DNA of 64,000 nucleotides from Bispira polyomma (taxonomy: Eukaryota), in contig OZ287754.1 in assembly GCA_965649765.1 (NCBI GenBank), positions 62,868,001 through 62,932,000 on the forward strand, written 5' to 3'. Under the pieces are notes generated by a model that saw nothing but the letters and a program-made list of their open reading frames with translations, was not told the DNA's origin and searched no databases. Both the position numbers and the translations under genes were made by a program. Below are positions 26,947 to 40,538 of this stretch, one piece after another. The number at the start of each line of letters is the position of its first letter. Positions within the stretch are counted from its first letter, which is position 1.

Positions 26947-27185
26947 TGACAATTAAAACTGTCTTACATCATTTGACATAAAGCACCTTAGTTTGGATCC
27001 ACCTTGGGTTGACCAAAAGAGCTTCAAACATCAGTATCTGGTGGCACACTTCAGTTTTATTGGTGTAAAAGCTAACAGACAATGAATAAGACTGATTATT
27101 GTGTCGGAATTGATGATATTTAAGATTCAATTTGCTTTCTTGATACCGTTTCATAGTATTGGCTAGTAGCCCAATAAAATAACAC

Positions 27186-27279
27186 CAACTCTGGTGGGAC
27201 TCGAACCCACAGCCTCCGAATACCCTATTTGCAATCACTTTCTAGAAGTCCGACGCGCTATCCATTGCGCCACAGAGTC
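27186..27279 (-). tRNA. trnR-TCT: tRNA-Arg(TCT) with intron
   Basis: consensus copy. Confidence 0.92.
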
Positions 27280-28470
27280 AATTCATAACAACTCCAAAGA
27301 CCAACATATGCTGGAATCAAAACATCTAGTATACAAGATTCAGATAATTAAATCATATACAGAATGAACCATTGATGTCTCTCATCTCCTCACATATATA
27401 TGTATAAATCTGAAACATATACCTTTAAATATGACCAGTCTTCAGACAAATTTCACTGAAACAACGTTTAAATGACACTGATGTCTCTTTAGAAGGATAA
27501 ACCCTAGTAAACAATTGAATACAATTTGTTAATTGACACTCCTACTGACAAAATAATCCTTGCACAGGTGAAGCTTGTTCAATAATTCACGTACTTGTCT
27601 AACAATTAAGCGTGCAATGTATAATAAATTATGCTATTTAGAAAGCAAGACCACCACTTGTCAAAGCATAAAAGTTGAACATTACAGCTAGTCTGACATT
27701 GAAGGGTAATCATTAAAGATATATAGAAACATCAAGCTATTAACTGAACCAATTACATCGTGTTTGATTTTGATGACACTGCCAAGCAAGTTCAGCAATT
27801 AGACTCTGTAACCAAATTGAAGTTTGCCATCAGATGATACGTGTTTTAATGACAGAATTTTAGGAAATCATATACAGAATGAACCATTGATGTCTCTCAT
27901 CTCCTCACATATATATGTATAAATCTGAAACATATACCTTTAAATATGACCAGTCTTCAGACAAATTTCACTGAAACAATGTTTAAATGACACTGATGTC
28001 TCTTTAGAAGGATAAACCCTAGTAAACAATTGAATGCAATTTGTTAATTGACACTCCTACTGACAAAATAATCCTTGCACAGGTGAAGCTTGTTCAATAA
28101 TTCACGTACTTGTCTAACAATTAAGCGTGCAATGTATAATAAATTATGCTATTTAGAAAGCAAGACCACCACTTGTCAAAGCATAAAAGTTGAACATTAC
28201 AGCTAGTCTGACATTGAAGGGTAATCATTAAAGATATATAGAAACATCAAGCTATTAACTGAACCAATTACATCGTGTTTGATTTTGATGACACTGCCAA
28301 GCAAGTTCAGCAATTAGACTCTGTAACCAAATTGAAGTTTGCCATCAGATGATACGTGTTTTAATGACAGAATTTTAGGAACACTGGTGACAAGTCACCT
28401 AGTTGAGAATGTTTTAAGTCAAAGCTTTAATTTCCACATAAAAACCATGGTCAGCCACCAGGATGTTCCT

Positions 28471-28543
28471 TGCCGGAACCCGGGATTGAACCAGGGACCT
28501 TTAGATCTTCAGTCTAACGCTCTCCCAACTGAGCTATTCCGGC
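28471..28543 (-). tRNA. trnF-GAA: tRNA-Phe(GAA)
   Basis: consensus copy. Confidence 0.93.
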
Positions 28544-28782
28544 TGACAATTAAAACTGTCTTACATCATTTGACATAAAGCACCTTAGTTTGGATCCACC
28601 TTGGGTTGACCAAAAGAGCTTCAAACATCAGTATCTGGTGGCACACTTCAGTTTTATTGGTGTAAAAGCTAACAGACAATGAATAAGACTGATTATTGTG
28701 TCGGAATTGATGATATTTAAGATTCAATTTGCTTTCTTGATACCGTTTCATAGTATTGGCTAGTAGCCCAATAAAATAACAC

Positions 28783-28876
28783 CAACTCTGGTGGGACTCG
28801 AACCCACAGCCTCCGAATACCCTATTTGCAATCACTTTCTAGAAGTCCGACGCGCTATCCATTGCGCCACAGAGTC
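28783..28876 (-). tRNA. trnR-TCT: tRNA-Arg(TCT) with intron
   Basis: consensus copy. Confidence 0.92.
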
Positions 28877-30067
28877 AATTCATAACAACTCCAAAGACCA
28901 ACATATGCTGGAATCAAAACATCTAGTATACAAGATTCAGATAATTAAATCATATACAGAATGAACCATTGATGTCTCTCATCTCCTCACACATATATGT
29001 ATAAATCTGAAACATATACCTTTAAATATGACCAGTCTTCAGACAAATTTCACTGAAACAATGTTTAAATGACACTGATGTCTCTTTAGAAGGATAAACC
29101 CTAGTAAACAATTGAATACAATTTGTTAATTGACACTCCTACTGACAAAATAATCCTTGCACAGGTGAAGCTTGTTCAATAATTCACGTACTTGTCTAAC
29201 AATTAAGCGTGCAATGTATAATAAATTATGCTATTTAGAAAGCAAGACCACCACTTGTCAAAGCATAAAAGTTGAACATTACAGCTAGTCTGACATTGAA
29301 GGGTAATCATTAAAGATATATAGAAACATCAAGCTATTAACTGAACCAATTACATCGTGTTTGATTTTGATGACACTGCCAAGCAAGTTCAGCAATTAGA
29401 CTCTGTAACCAAATTGAAGTTTGCCATCAGATGATACGTGTTTTAATGACAGAATTTTAGGAAATCATATACAGAATGAACCATTGATGTCTCTCATCTC
29501 CTCACATATATATCTATAAATCTGAAACATATACCTTTAAATATGACCAGTCTTCAGACAAATTTCACTGAAACAATGTTTAAATGACACTGATGTCTCT
29601 TTAGAAGGATAAACCCTAGTAAACAATTGAATGCAATTTGTTAATTGACACTCCTACTGACAAAATAATCCTTGCACAGGTGAAGCTTGTTCAATAATTC
29701 ACGTACTTGTCTAACAATTAAGCGTGCAATGTATAATAAATTATGCTATTTAGAAAGCAAGACCACCACTTGTCAAAGCATAAAAGTTGAACATTACAGC
29801 TAGTCTGACATTGAAGGGTAATCATTAAAGATATATAGAAACATCAAGCTATTAACTGAACCAATTACATCGTGTTTGATTTTGATGACACTGCCAAGCA
29901 AGTTCAGCAATTAGACTCTGTAACCAAATTGAAGTTTGCCATCAGATGATACGTGTTTTAATGACAGAATTTTAGGAACACTGGTGACAAGTCACCTAGT
30001 TGAGAATGTTTTAAGTCAAAGCTTTAATTTCCACATAAAAACCATGGTCAGCCACCAGGATGTTCCT

Positions 30068-30140
30068 TGCCGGAACCCGGGATTGAACCAGGGACCTTTA
30101 GATCTTCAGTCTAACGCTCTCCCAACTGAGCTATTCCGGC
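30068..30140 (-). tRNA. trnF-GAA: tRNA-Phe(GAA)
   Basis: consensus copy. Confidence 0.93.
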
Positions 30141-30381
30141 TGACAATTAAAACTGTCTTACATCATTTGACATAAAGCACCTTAGTTTGGATCCACCTTG
30201 GGTTGACCAAAAGAGCTTCAAACATCAGTATCTGGTGGCACACTTCAGTTTTATTGGTGTAAAAGCTAACAGACAATGAATAAGACTGATTATTGTGTCG
30301 GAATTGATGATATTTAAGATTCAATTTGCTTTCTTGATACCGTTTCATAGTATTGGCTATGTTAGCCCAATAAAATAACAC

Positions 30382-30475
30382 CAACTCTGGTGGGACTCGA
30401 ACCCACAGCCTCCGAATACCCTATTTGCAATCACTTTCTAGAAGTCCGACGCGCTATCCATTGCGCCACAGAGTC
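30382..30475 (-). tRNA. trnR-TCT: tRNA-Arg(TCT) with intron
   Basis: consensus copy (flank has a +2 indel). Confidence 0.92.
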
Positions 30476-31666
30476 AATTCATAACAACTCCAAAGACCAA
30501 CATATGCTGGAATCAAAACATCTAGTATACAAGATTCAGATAATTAAATCATATACAGAATGAACCATTGATGTCTCTCATCTCCTCACATATATATGTA
30601 TAAATCTGAAACATATACCTTTAAATATGACCAGTCTTCAGACAAATTTCACTGAAACAATGTTTAAATGACACTGATGTCTCTTTAGAAGGATAAACCC
30701 TAGTAAACAATTGAATACAATTTGTTAATTGACACTCCTACTGACAAAATAATCCTTGCACAGGTGAAGCTTGTTCAATAATTCACGTACTTGTCTAACA
30801 ATTAAGCGTGCAATGTATAATAAATTATGCTATTTAGAAAACAAGACCACTACTTGTCAAAGCATAAAATTTGAACATTACAGCTAGTCTGACATTGAAG
30901 GGTAATCATTAAAGATATATAGAAACATCAAGCTATTAACTGAACCAATTACATCGTGTTTGATTTTGATGAAACTGCCAAGCAAGTTCAGCAATTAGAC
31001 TCTGTAACCAAATTGAAGTTTGCCATCAGATGATACGTGTTTTAATGACAGAATTTTAGGAAATCATATACAGAATGAACCATTGATGTCTCTCATCTCC
31101 TCACATATATATGTATAAATCTGAAACATATACCTTTAAATATGACCAGTCTTCAGACAAATTTCACTGAAACAATGTTTAAATGACACTGATGTCTCTT
31201 TAGAAGGATAAACCCTAGTAAACAATTGAATACAATTTGTTAATTGACACTCCTACTGACAAAATAATCCTTGCACAGGTGAAGCTTGTTCAATAATTCA
31301 CGTACTTGTCTAACAATTAAGCGTGCAATGTATAATAAATTATGCTATTTAGAAAGCAAGACCACCACTTGTCAAAGCATAAAAGTTGAACATTACAGCT
31401 AGTCTGACATTGAAGGGTAATCATTAAAGATATATAGAAACATCAAGCTATTAACTGAACCAATTACATCGTGTTTGATTTTGATGACACTGCCAAGCAA
31501 GTTCAGCAATTAGACTCTGTAACCAAATTGAAGTTTGCCATCAGATGATACGTGTTTTAATGACAGAATTTTAGGAACACTGGTGACAAGTCACCTAGTT
31601 GAGAATGTTTTAAGTCAAAGCTTTAATTTCCACATAAAAACCATGGTCAGCCACCAGGATGTTCCT

Positions 31667-31739
31667 TGCCGGAACCCGGGATTGAACCAGGGACCTTTAG
31701 ATCTTCAGTCTAACGCTCTCCCAACTGAGCTATTCCGGC
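31667..31739 (-). tRNA. trnF-GAA: tRNA-Phe(GAA)
   Basis: consensus copy. Confidence 0.93.
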
Positions 31740-31978
31740 TGACAATTAAAACTGTCTTACATCATTTGACATAAAGCACCTTAGTTTGGATCCACCTTGG
31801 GTTGACCAAAAGAGCTTCAAACATCAGTATCTGGTGGCACACTTCAGTTTTATTGGTGTAAAAGCTAACAGACAATGAATAAGACTGATTATTGTGTCGG
31901 AATTGATGATATTTAAGATTCAATTTGCTTTCTTGATACCGTTTCATAGTATTGGCTAGTAGCCCAATAAAATAACAC

Positions 31979-32072
31979 CAACTCTGGTGGGACTCGAACC
32001 CACAGCCTCCGAATACCCTATTTGCAATCACTTTCTAGAAGTCCGACGCGCTATCCATTGCGCCACAGAGTC
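31979..32072 (-). tRNA. trnR-TCT: tRNA-Arg(TCT) with intron
   Basis: consensus copy. Confidence 0.92.
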
Positions 32073-33263
32073 AATTCATAACAACTCCAAAGACCAACAT
32101 ATGCTGGAATCAAAACATCTAGTATACAAGATTCAGATAATTAAATCATATACAGAATGAACCATTGATGTCTCTCATCTCCTCACATATATATGTATAA
32201 ATCTGAAACATATACCTTTAAATATGACCAGTCTTCAGACAAATTTCACTGAAACAATGTTTAAATGACACTGATGTCTCTTTAGAAGGATAAACCCTAG
32301 TAAACAATTGAATACAATTTGTTAATTGACACTCCTACTGACAAAATAATCCTTGCACAGGTGAAGCTTGTTCAATAATTCACGTACTTGTCTAACAATT
32401 AAGCGTGCAATGTATAATAAATTATGCTATTTAGAAAACAAGACCACTACTTGTCAAAGCATAAAATTTGAACATTACAGCTAGTCTGACATTGAAGGGT
32501 AATCATTAAAGATATATAGAAACATCAAGCTATTAACTGAACCAATTACATCGTGTTTGATTTTGATGAAACTGCCAAGCAAGTTCAGCAATTAGACTCT
32601 GTAACCAAATTGAAGTTTGCCATCAGATGATACGTGTTTTAATGACAGAATTTTAGGAAATCATATACAGAATGAACCATTGATGTCTCTCATCTCCTCA
32701 CATATATATGTATAAATCTGAAACATATACCTTTAAATATGACCAGTCTTCAGACAAATTTCACTGAAACAATGTTTAAATGACACTGATGTCTCTTTAG
32801 AAGGATAAACCCTAGTAAACAATTGAATACAATTTGTTAATTGACACTCCTACTGACAAAATAATCCTTGCACAGGTGAAGCTTGTTCAATAATTCACGT
32901 ACTTGTCTAACAATTAAGCGTGCAATGTATAATAAATTATGCTATTTAGAAAGCAAGACCACCACTTGTCAAAGCATAAAAGTTGAACATTACAGCTAGT
33001 CTGACATTGAAGGGTAATCATTAAAGATATATAGAAACATCAAGCTATTAACTGAACCAATTACATCGTGTTTGATTTTGATGACACTGCCAAGCAAGTT
33101 CAGCAATTAGACTCTGTAACCAAATTGAAGTTTGCCATCAGATGATACGTGTTTTAATGACAGAATTTTAGGAACACTGGTGACAAGTCACCTAGTTGAG
33201 AATGTTTTAAGTCAAAGCTTTAATTTCCACATAAAAACCATGGTCAGCCACCAGGATGTTCCT

Positions 33264-33336
33264 TGCCGGAACCCGGGATTGAACCAGGGACCTTTAGATC
33301 TTCAGTCTAACGCTCTCCCAACTGAGCTATTCCGGC
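33264..33336 (-). tRNA. trnF-GAA: tRNA-Phe(GAA)
   Basis: consensus copy. Confidence 0.93.
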
Positions 33337-33575
33337 TGACAATTAAAACTGTCTTACATCATTTGACATAAAGCACCTTAGTTTGGATCCACCTTGGGTT
33401 GACCAAAAGAGCTTCAAACATCAGTATCTGGTGGCACACTTCAGTTTTATTGGTGTAAAAGCTAACAGACAATGAATAAGACTGATTATTGTGTCGGAAT
33501 TGATGATATTTAAGATTCAATTTGCTTTCTTGATACCGTTTCATAGTATTGGCTAGTAGCCCAATAAAATAACAC

Positions 33576-33669
33576 CAACTCTGGTGGGACTCGAACCCAC
33601 AGCCTCCGAATACCCTATTTGCAATCACTTTCTAGAAGTCCGACGCGCTATCCATTGCGCCACAGAGTC
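33576..33669 (-). tRNA. trnR-TCT: tRNA-Arg(TCT) with intron
   Basis: consensus copy. Confidence 0.92.
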
Positions 33670-35375
33670 AATTCATAACAACTCCAAAGACCAACATATG
33701 CTGGAATCAAAACATCTAGTATACAAGATTCAGATAATTAAATCATATACAGAATGAACCATTGATGTCTCTCATCTCCTCACATATATATGTATAAATC
33801 TGAAACATATACCTTTAAATATGACCAGTCTTCAGACAAATTTCACTGAAACAACGTTTAAATGACACTGATGTCTCTTTAGAAGGATAAACCCTAGTAA
33901 ACAATTGAATACAATTTGTTAATTGACACTCCTACTGACAAAATAATCCTTGCACAGGTGAAGCTTGTTCAATAATTCACGTACTTGTCTAACAATTAAG
34001 CGTGCAATGTATAATAAATTATGCTATTTAGAAAGCAAGACCACCACTTGTCAAAGCATAAAAGTTGAACATTACAGCTAGTCTGACATTGAAGGGTAAT
34101 CATTAAAGATATATAGAAACATCAAGCTATTAACTGAACCAATTACATCGTGTTTGATTTTGATGACACTGCCAAGCAAGTTCAGCAATTAGACTCTGTA
34201 ACCAAATTGAAGTTTGCCATCAGATGATACGTGTTTTAATGACAGAATTTTAGGAAATCATATACAGAATGAACCATTGATGTCTCTCATCTCCTCACAT
34301 ATATATGTATAAATCTGAAACATATACCTTTAAATATGACCAGTCTTCAGACAAATTTCACTGAAACAATGTTTAAATGACACTGATGTCTCTTTAGAAG
34401 GATAAACCCTAGTAAACAATTGAATGCAATTTGTTAATTGACACTCCTACTGACAAAATAATCCTTGCACAGGTGAAGCTTGTTCAATAATTCACGTACT
34501 TGTCTAACAATTAAGCGTGCAATGTATAATAAATTATGCTATTTAGAAAGCAAGACCACCACTTGTCAAAGCATAAAAGTTGAACATTACAGCTAGTCTG
34601 ACATTGAAGGGTAATCATTAAAGATATATAGAAACATCAAGCTATTAACTGAACCAATTACATCGTGTTTGATTTTGATGATACTGCCAAGCAAGTTCAG
34701 CAATTAGACTCTGTAACCAAATTGAAGTTTGCCATCAGATGATACGTGTTTTAATGACAGAATTTTAGGAAATCATATACAGAATGAACCATTGATGTCT
34801 CTCATCTCCTCACATATATATGTATAAATCTGAAACATATACCTTTAAATATGACCAGTCTTCAGACAAATTTCACTGAAACAATGTTTAAATGACACTG
34901 ATGTCTCTTTAGAAGGATAAACCCTAGTAAACAATTGAATACAATTTGTTAATTGACACTCCTACTGACAAAATAATCCTTGCACAGGTGAAGCTTGTTC
35001 AATAATTCACGTACTTGTCTAACAATTAAGCGTGCAATGTATAATAAATTATGCTATTTAGAAAACAAGACCACTACTTGTCAAAGCATAAAATTTGAAC
35101 ATTACAGCTAGTCTGACATTGAAGGGTAATCATTAAAGATATATAGAAACATCAAGCTATTAACTGAACCAATTACATCGTGTTTGATTTTGATGACACT
35201 GCCAAGCAAGTTCAGCAATTAGACTCTGTAACCAAATTGAAGTTTGCCATCAGATGATACGTGTTTTAATGACAGAATTTTAGGAACACTGGTGACAAGT
35301 CACCTAGTTGAGAATGTTTTAAGTCAAAGCTTTAATTTCCACATAAAAACCATGGTCAGCCACCAGGATGTTCCT

Positions 35376-35448
35376 TGCCGGAACCCGGGATTGAACCAGG
35401 GACCTTTAGATCTTCAGTCTAACGCTCTCCCAACTGAGCTATTCCGGC
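35376..35448 (-). tRNA. trnF-GAA: tRNA-Phe(GAA)
   Basis: consensus copy. Confidence 0.93.
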
Positions 35449-35687
35449 TGACAATTAAAACTGTCTTACATCATTTGACATAAAGCACCTTAGTTTGGAT
35501 CCATCTTGGGTTGACCAAAAGAGCTTCAAACATCAGTATCTGGTGGCACACTTCAGTTTTATTGGTGTAAAAGCTAACAGACAATGAATAAGACTGATTA
35601 TTGTGTCGGAATTGATGATATTTAAGATTCAATTTGCTTTCTTGATACCGTTTCATAGTATTGGCTAGTAGCCCAATAAAATAACAC

Positions 35688-35781
35688 CAACTCTGGTGGG
35701 ACTCGAACCCACAGCCTCCGAATACCCTATTTGCAATCACTTTCTAGAAGTCCGACGCGCTATCCATTGCGCCACAGAGTC
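35688..35781 (-). tRNA. trnR-TCT: tRNA-Arg(TCT) with intron
   Basis: consensus copy; last intact Arg gene. Confidence 0.92.
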
Positions 35782-36457
35782 AATTCATAACAACTCCAAA
35801 GACCAACATATGCTGGAATCAAAACATCTAGTATACAAGATTCAGATAATTAAATCATATACAGAATGAACCATTGATGTCTCTCATCTCCTCACATATA
35901 TATGTATAAATCTGAAACATATACCTTTAAATATGACCAGTCTTCAGACAAATTTCACTGAAACAATGTTTAAATGACACTGATGTCTCTTTAGAAGGAT
36001 AAACCCTAGTAAACAATTGAATACAATTTGTTAATTGACACTCCTACTGACAAAATAATCCTTGCACAGGTGAAGCTTGTTCAATAATTCACGTACTTGT
36101 CTAACAATTAAGCGTGCAATGTATAATAAATTATGCTATTTAGAAAGCAAGACCACCACTTGTCAAAGCATAAAAGTTGAACATTACAGCTAGTCTGACA
36201 TTGAAGGGTAATCATTAAAGATATATAGAAACATCAAGCTATTAACTGAACCAATTACATCGTGTTTGATTTTGATGACACTGCCAAGCAAGTTCAGCAA
36301 TTAGACTCTGTAACCAAATTGAAGTTTGCCATCAGATGATACGTGTTTTAATGACAGAATTTTAGGAACACTGGTGACAAGTCACCTAGTTGAGAATGTT
36401 TTAAGTCAAAGCTTTAATTTCCACATAAAAACCATGGTCAGCCACCAGGATGTTCCT

Positions 36458-36530
36458 TGCCGGAACCCGGGATTGAACCAGGGACCTTTAGATCTTCAGT
36501 CTAACGCTCTCCCAACTGAGCTATTCCGGC
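36458..36530 (-). tRNA. trnF-GAA: tRNA-Phe(GAA)
   Basis: consensus copy. Confidence 0.93.
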
Positions 36531-36769
36531 TGACAATTAAAACTGTCTTACATCATTTGACATAAAGCACCTTAGTTTGGATCCACCTTGGGTTGACCAA
36601 AAGAGCTTCAAACATCAGTATCTGGTGGCACACTTCAGTTTTATTGGTGTAAAAGCTAACAGACAATGAATAAGACTGATTATTGTGTCGGAATTGATGA
36701 TATTTAAGATTCAATTTGCTTTCTTGATACCGTTTCATAGTATTGGCTAGTAGCCCAATAAAATAACAC

Positions 36770-36833
36770 CAACTCTGGTGGGACTCAAACCCACACCCTC
36801 CGAATACCCTATTTGCAATCACTTTTTAGAAGT
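36770..36833 (-). pseudogene. trnR-TCT: 5'-truncated tRNA-Arg(TCT)
   Basis: Junction agaagt|ttcactg removes the acceptor 5' strand and D arm (~202-bp deletion); also C56T. Confidence 0.9.
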
Positions 36834-37682
36834 TTCACTGAAACAATGTTTAAATGACACTGATGTCTCTTTAGAAGGATAAACCCTAGTAAACAATTGA
36901 ATACAATTTGTTAATGACACTGCCAAGCAAGTTCAGCAATTAGACTCTGTAACCAAATTGAAGTTTGCCATCAGATGATACGTGTTTTAATGACAGAATT
37001 TTAGGAAATCATATACAGAATGAACCATTGATGTCTCTCATCTCCTCACATATATATGTATAAATCTGAAACATATACCTTTAAATATGACCAGTCTTCA
37101 GACAAATTTCACTGAAACAATGTTTAAATGACACTGATGTCTCTTTAGAAGGATAAACCCTAGTAAACAATTGAATACAATTTGTTAATTGACACTCCTA
37201 CTGACAAAATAATCCTTGCACAGGTGAAGCTTGTTCAATAATTCACGTACTTGTCTAACAATTAAGCGTGCAATGTATAATAAATTATGCTATTTAGAAA
37301 ACAAGACCACTACTTGTCAAAGCATAAAATTTGAACATTACAGCTAGTCTGACATTGAAGGGTAATCATTAAAGATATATAGAAACATCAAGCTATTAAC
37401 TTTAAGCTATTAAGATATATTTAAGCTATTAAGATATATAGAAACATCAAGCTATTATTTAAGCTATTAACTGAAGCAATTACATCGTGTTTGATTTTGA
37501 TGACACTGCCAAGCAAGTTCAGCAATTAGACTCTGTAACCAAATTGAAGTTTGCCATCAGATGATACGTGTTTTAATGACAGAATTTTAGGAACACTGGT
37601 GACAAGTCACCTAGTTGAGAATGTTTTAAGTCAAAGCTTTAATTTCCACATAAAAACCATGGTCAGCCACCATGATGTTCCT

Positions 37683-37755
37683 TGCCAGAACCCGGGATTG
37701 AACCAGGGACCTTTAGATCTTCAGTCTAACGCTCTCCCAACTGAGCTATTCCGGC
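37683..37755 (-). tRNA. trnF-GAA: tRNA-Phe(GAA), C69T variant (G4:U69)
   Basis: tgccagaa instead of tgccggaa. Confidence 0.85.
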
Positions 37756-37994
37756 TGACAATTAAAACTGTCTTACATCATTTGACATAAAGCACCTTAG
37801 TTTGGATCCACCTTGGGTTGACCAAAAGAGCTTCAAACATCAGTATCTGGTGGCACACTTCAGTTTTATTGGTGTAAAAGCTAACAGACAATGAATAAGA
37901 CTGATTATTGTGTCGGAATTGATGATATTTAAGATTCAATTTGCTTTCTTGATACCGTTTCATAGTATTGGCTAGTAGCCCAATAAAATAACAC

Positions 37995-38088
37995 CAACTC
38001 TGGTGGGACTCAAACCCACACCCTCCGAATACCCTATTTGCAATCACTTTCTAGAAGTCCGACGCGCTATCCATTGCGCCACAGAGTC
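37995..38088 (-). pseudogene. trnR-TCT: tRNA-Arg(TCT), B-box C56T mutant
   Basis: gactcaaac; cacaccctcc. Confidence 0.65.
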
Positions 38089-39109
38089 AATTCATAACAA
38101 CTCCAAAGACTAATATATGCTGGAATCAAAACATCTAGTATACAAGATTCAGATAATTAAATCATATACAGAATGAACCATTGATGTCTCTCATCTCCTC
38201 ACATATATATGTATAAATCTGAAACATATACCTTTAAATATGACCAGTCTTCAGACAAATTTCACTGAAACAATGTTTAAATGACACTGATGTCTCTTTA
38301 GAAGGATAAACCCTAGTAAACAATTGAATACAATTTGTTAATGACACTGCCAAGCAAGTTCAGCAATTAGACTCTGTAACCAAATTGAAGTTTGCCATCA
38401 GATGATACGTGTTTTAATGACAGAATTTTAGGAAATCATATACAGAATGAACCATTGATGTCTCTCATCTCCTCACATATATATGTATAAATCTGAAACA
38501 TATACCTTTAAATATGACCAGTCTTCAGACAAATTTCACTGAAACAATGTTTAAATGACACTGATGTCTCTTTAGAAGGATAAACCCTAGTAAACAATTG
38601 AATACAATTTGTTAATTGACACTCCTACTGACAAAATAATCCTTGCACAGGTGAAGCTTGTTCAATAATTCACGTACTTGTCTAACAATTAAGCGTGCAA
38701 TGTATAATAAATTATGCTATTTAGAAAACAAGACCACTACTTGTCAAAGCATAAAATTTGAACATTACAGCTAGTCTGACATTGAAGGGTAATCATTAAA
38801 GATATATAGAAACATCAAGCTATTAACTTTAAGCTATTAAGATATATTTAAGCTATTAAGATATATAGAAACATCAAGCTATTATTTAAGCTATTAACTG
38901 AAGCAATTACATCGTGTTTGATTTTGATGACACTGCCAAGCAAGTTCAGCAATTAGACTCTGTAACCAAATTGAAGTTTGCCATCAGATGATACGTGTTT
39001 TAATGACAGAATTTTAGGAACACTGGTGACAAGTCACCTAGTTGAGAATGTTTTAAGTCAAAGCTTTAATTTCCACATAAAAACCATGGTCAGCCACCAG
39101 GATGTTCCT

Positions 39110-39182
39110 TGCCGGAACCTGGGATTGAACCAGGGACCTTTAGATCTTCAGTCTAACGCTCTCCCAACTGAGCTATTCCGGC
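39110..39182 (-). tRNA. trnF-GAA: tRNA-Phe(GAA), G63A variant (T51-A63 pair, structure retained)
   Basis: ggaacctggg. Confidence 0.9.
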
Positions 39183-39421
39183 TGACAATTAAAACTGTCT
39201 TACATCATTTGACATAAAGCACCTTAGTTTGGATCCACCTTGGGTTGACCAAAAGAGCTTCAAACATCAGTATCTGGTGGCACACTTCAGTTTTATTGGT
39301 GTAAAAGCTAACAGACAATGAATAAGACTGATTATTGTGTCGGAATTGATGATATTTAAGATTCAATTTGCTTTCTTGATACCGTTTCATAGTATTGGCT
39401 AGTAGCCCAATAAAATAACAC

Positions 39422-39515
39422 CAACTCTGGTGGGACTCAAACCCACACCCTCCGAATACCCTATTTGCAATCACTTTCTAGAAGTCCGACGCGCTATCCA
39501 TTGCGCCACAGAGTC
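39422..39515 (-). pseudogene. trnR-TCT: tRNA-Arg(TCT), B-box C56T mutant
   Basis: gactcaaac; cacaccctcc. Confidence 0.65.
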
Positions 39516-40465
39516 AATTCATAACAACTCCAAAGACTAATATATGCTGGAATCAAAACATCTAGTATACAAGATTCAGATAATTAAATCATATACAGAA
39601 TGAACCATTGATGTCTCTCATCTCCTCACATATATATGTATAAATCTGAAACATATACCTTTAAATATGACCAGTCTTCAGACAAATTTCACTGAAACAA
39701 TGTTTAAATGACACTGATGTCTCTTTAGAAGGATAAACCCTAGTAAACAATTGAATACAATTTGTTAATGACACTGCCAAGCAAGTTCAGCAATTAGACT
39801 CTGTAACCAAATTGAAGTTTGCCATCAGATGATACGTGTTTTAATGACAGAATTTTAGGAAATCATATACAGAATGAACCATTGATGTCTCTCATCTCCT
39901 CACATATATATGTATAAATCTGAAACATATACCTTTAAATATGACCAGTCTTCAGACAAATTTCACTGAAACAATGTTTAAATGACACTGATGTCTCTTT
40001 AGAAGGATAAACCCTAGTAAACAATTGAATACAATTTGTTAATTGACACTCCTACTGACAAAATAATCCTTGCACAGGTGAAGCTTGTTCAATAATTCAC
40101 GTACTTGTCTAACAATTAAGCGTGCAATGTATAATAAATTATGCTATTTAGAAAACAAGACCACTACTTGTCAAAGCATAAAATTTGAACATTACAGCTA
40201 GTCTGACATTGAAGGGTAATCATTAAAGATATATAGAAACATCAAGCTATTAACTGAACCAATTACATCGTGTTTGATTTTGATGACACTGCCAAGCAAG
40301 TTCAGCAATTAGACTCTGTAACCAAATTGAAGTTTGCCATCAGATGATACGTGTTTTAATGACAGAATTTTAGGAACACTGGTGACAAGTCACCTAGTTG
40401 AGAATGTTTTAAGTCAAAGCTTTAATTTCCACATAAAAACCATGGTCAGCCACCAGGATGTTCCT

Positions 40466-40538
40466 TGCCGGAACCCGGGATTGAACCAGGGACCTTTAGA
40501 TCTTCAGTCTAACGCTCTCCCAACTGAGCTATTCCGGC
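40466..40538 (-). tRNA. trnF-GAA: tRNA-Phe(GAA)
   Basis: consensus copy. Confidence 0.93.

Noticed and set aside
5360-36400. CRISPR-like or prokaryotic repeat-spacer array
   Set aside because: Units are 1-2 kb with identical spacers, there are no cas genes, and the context is eukaryotic.
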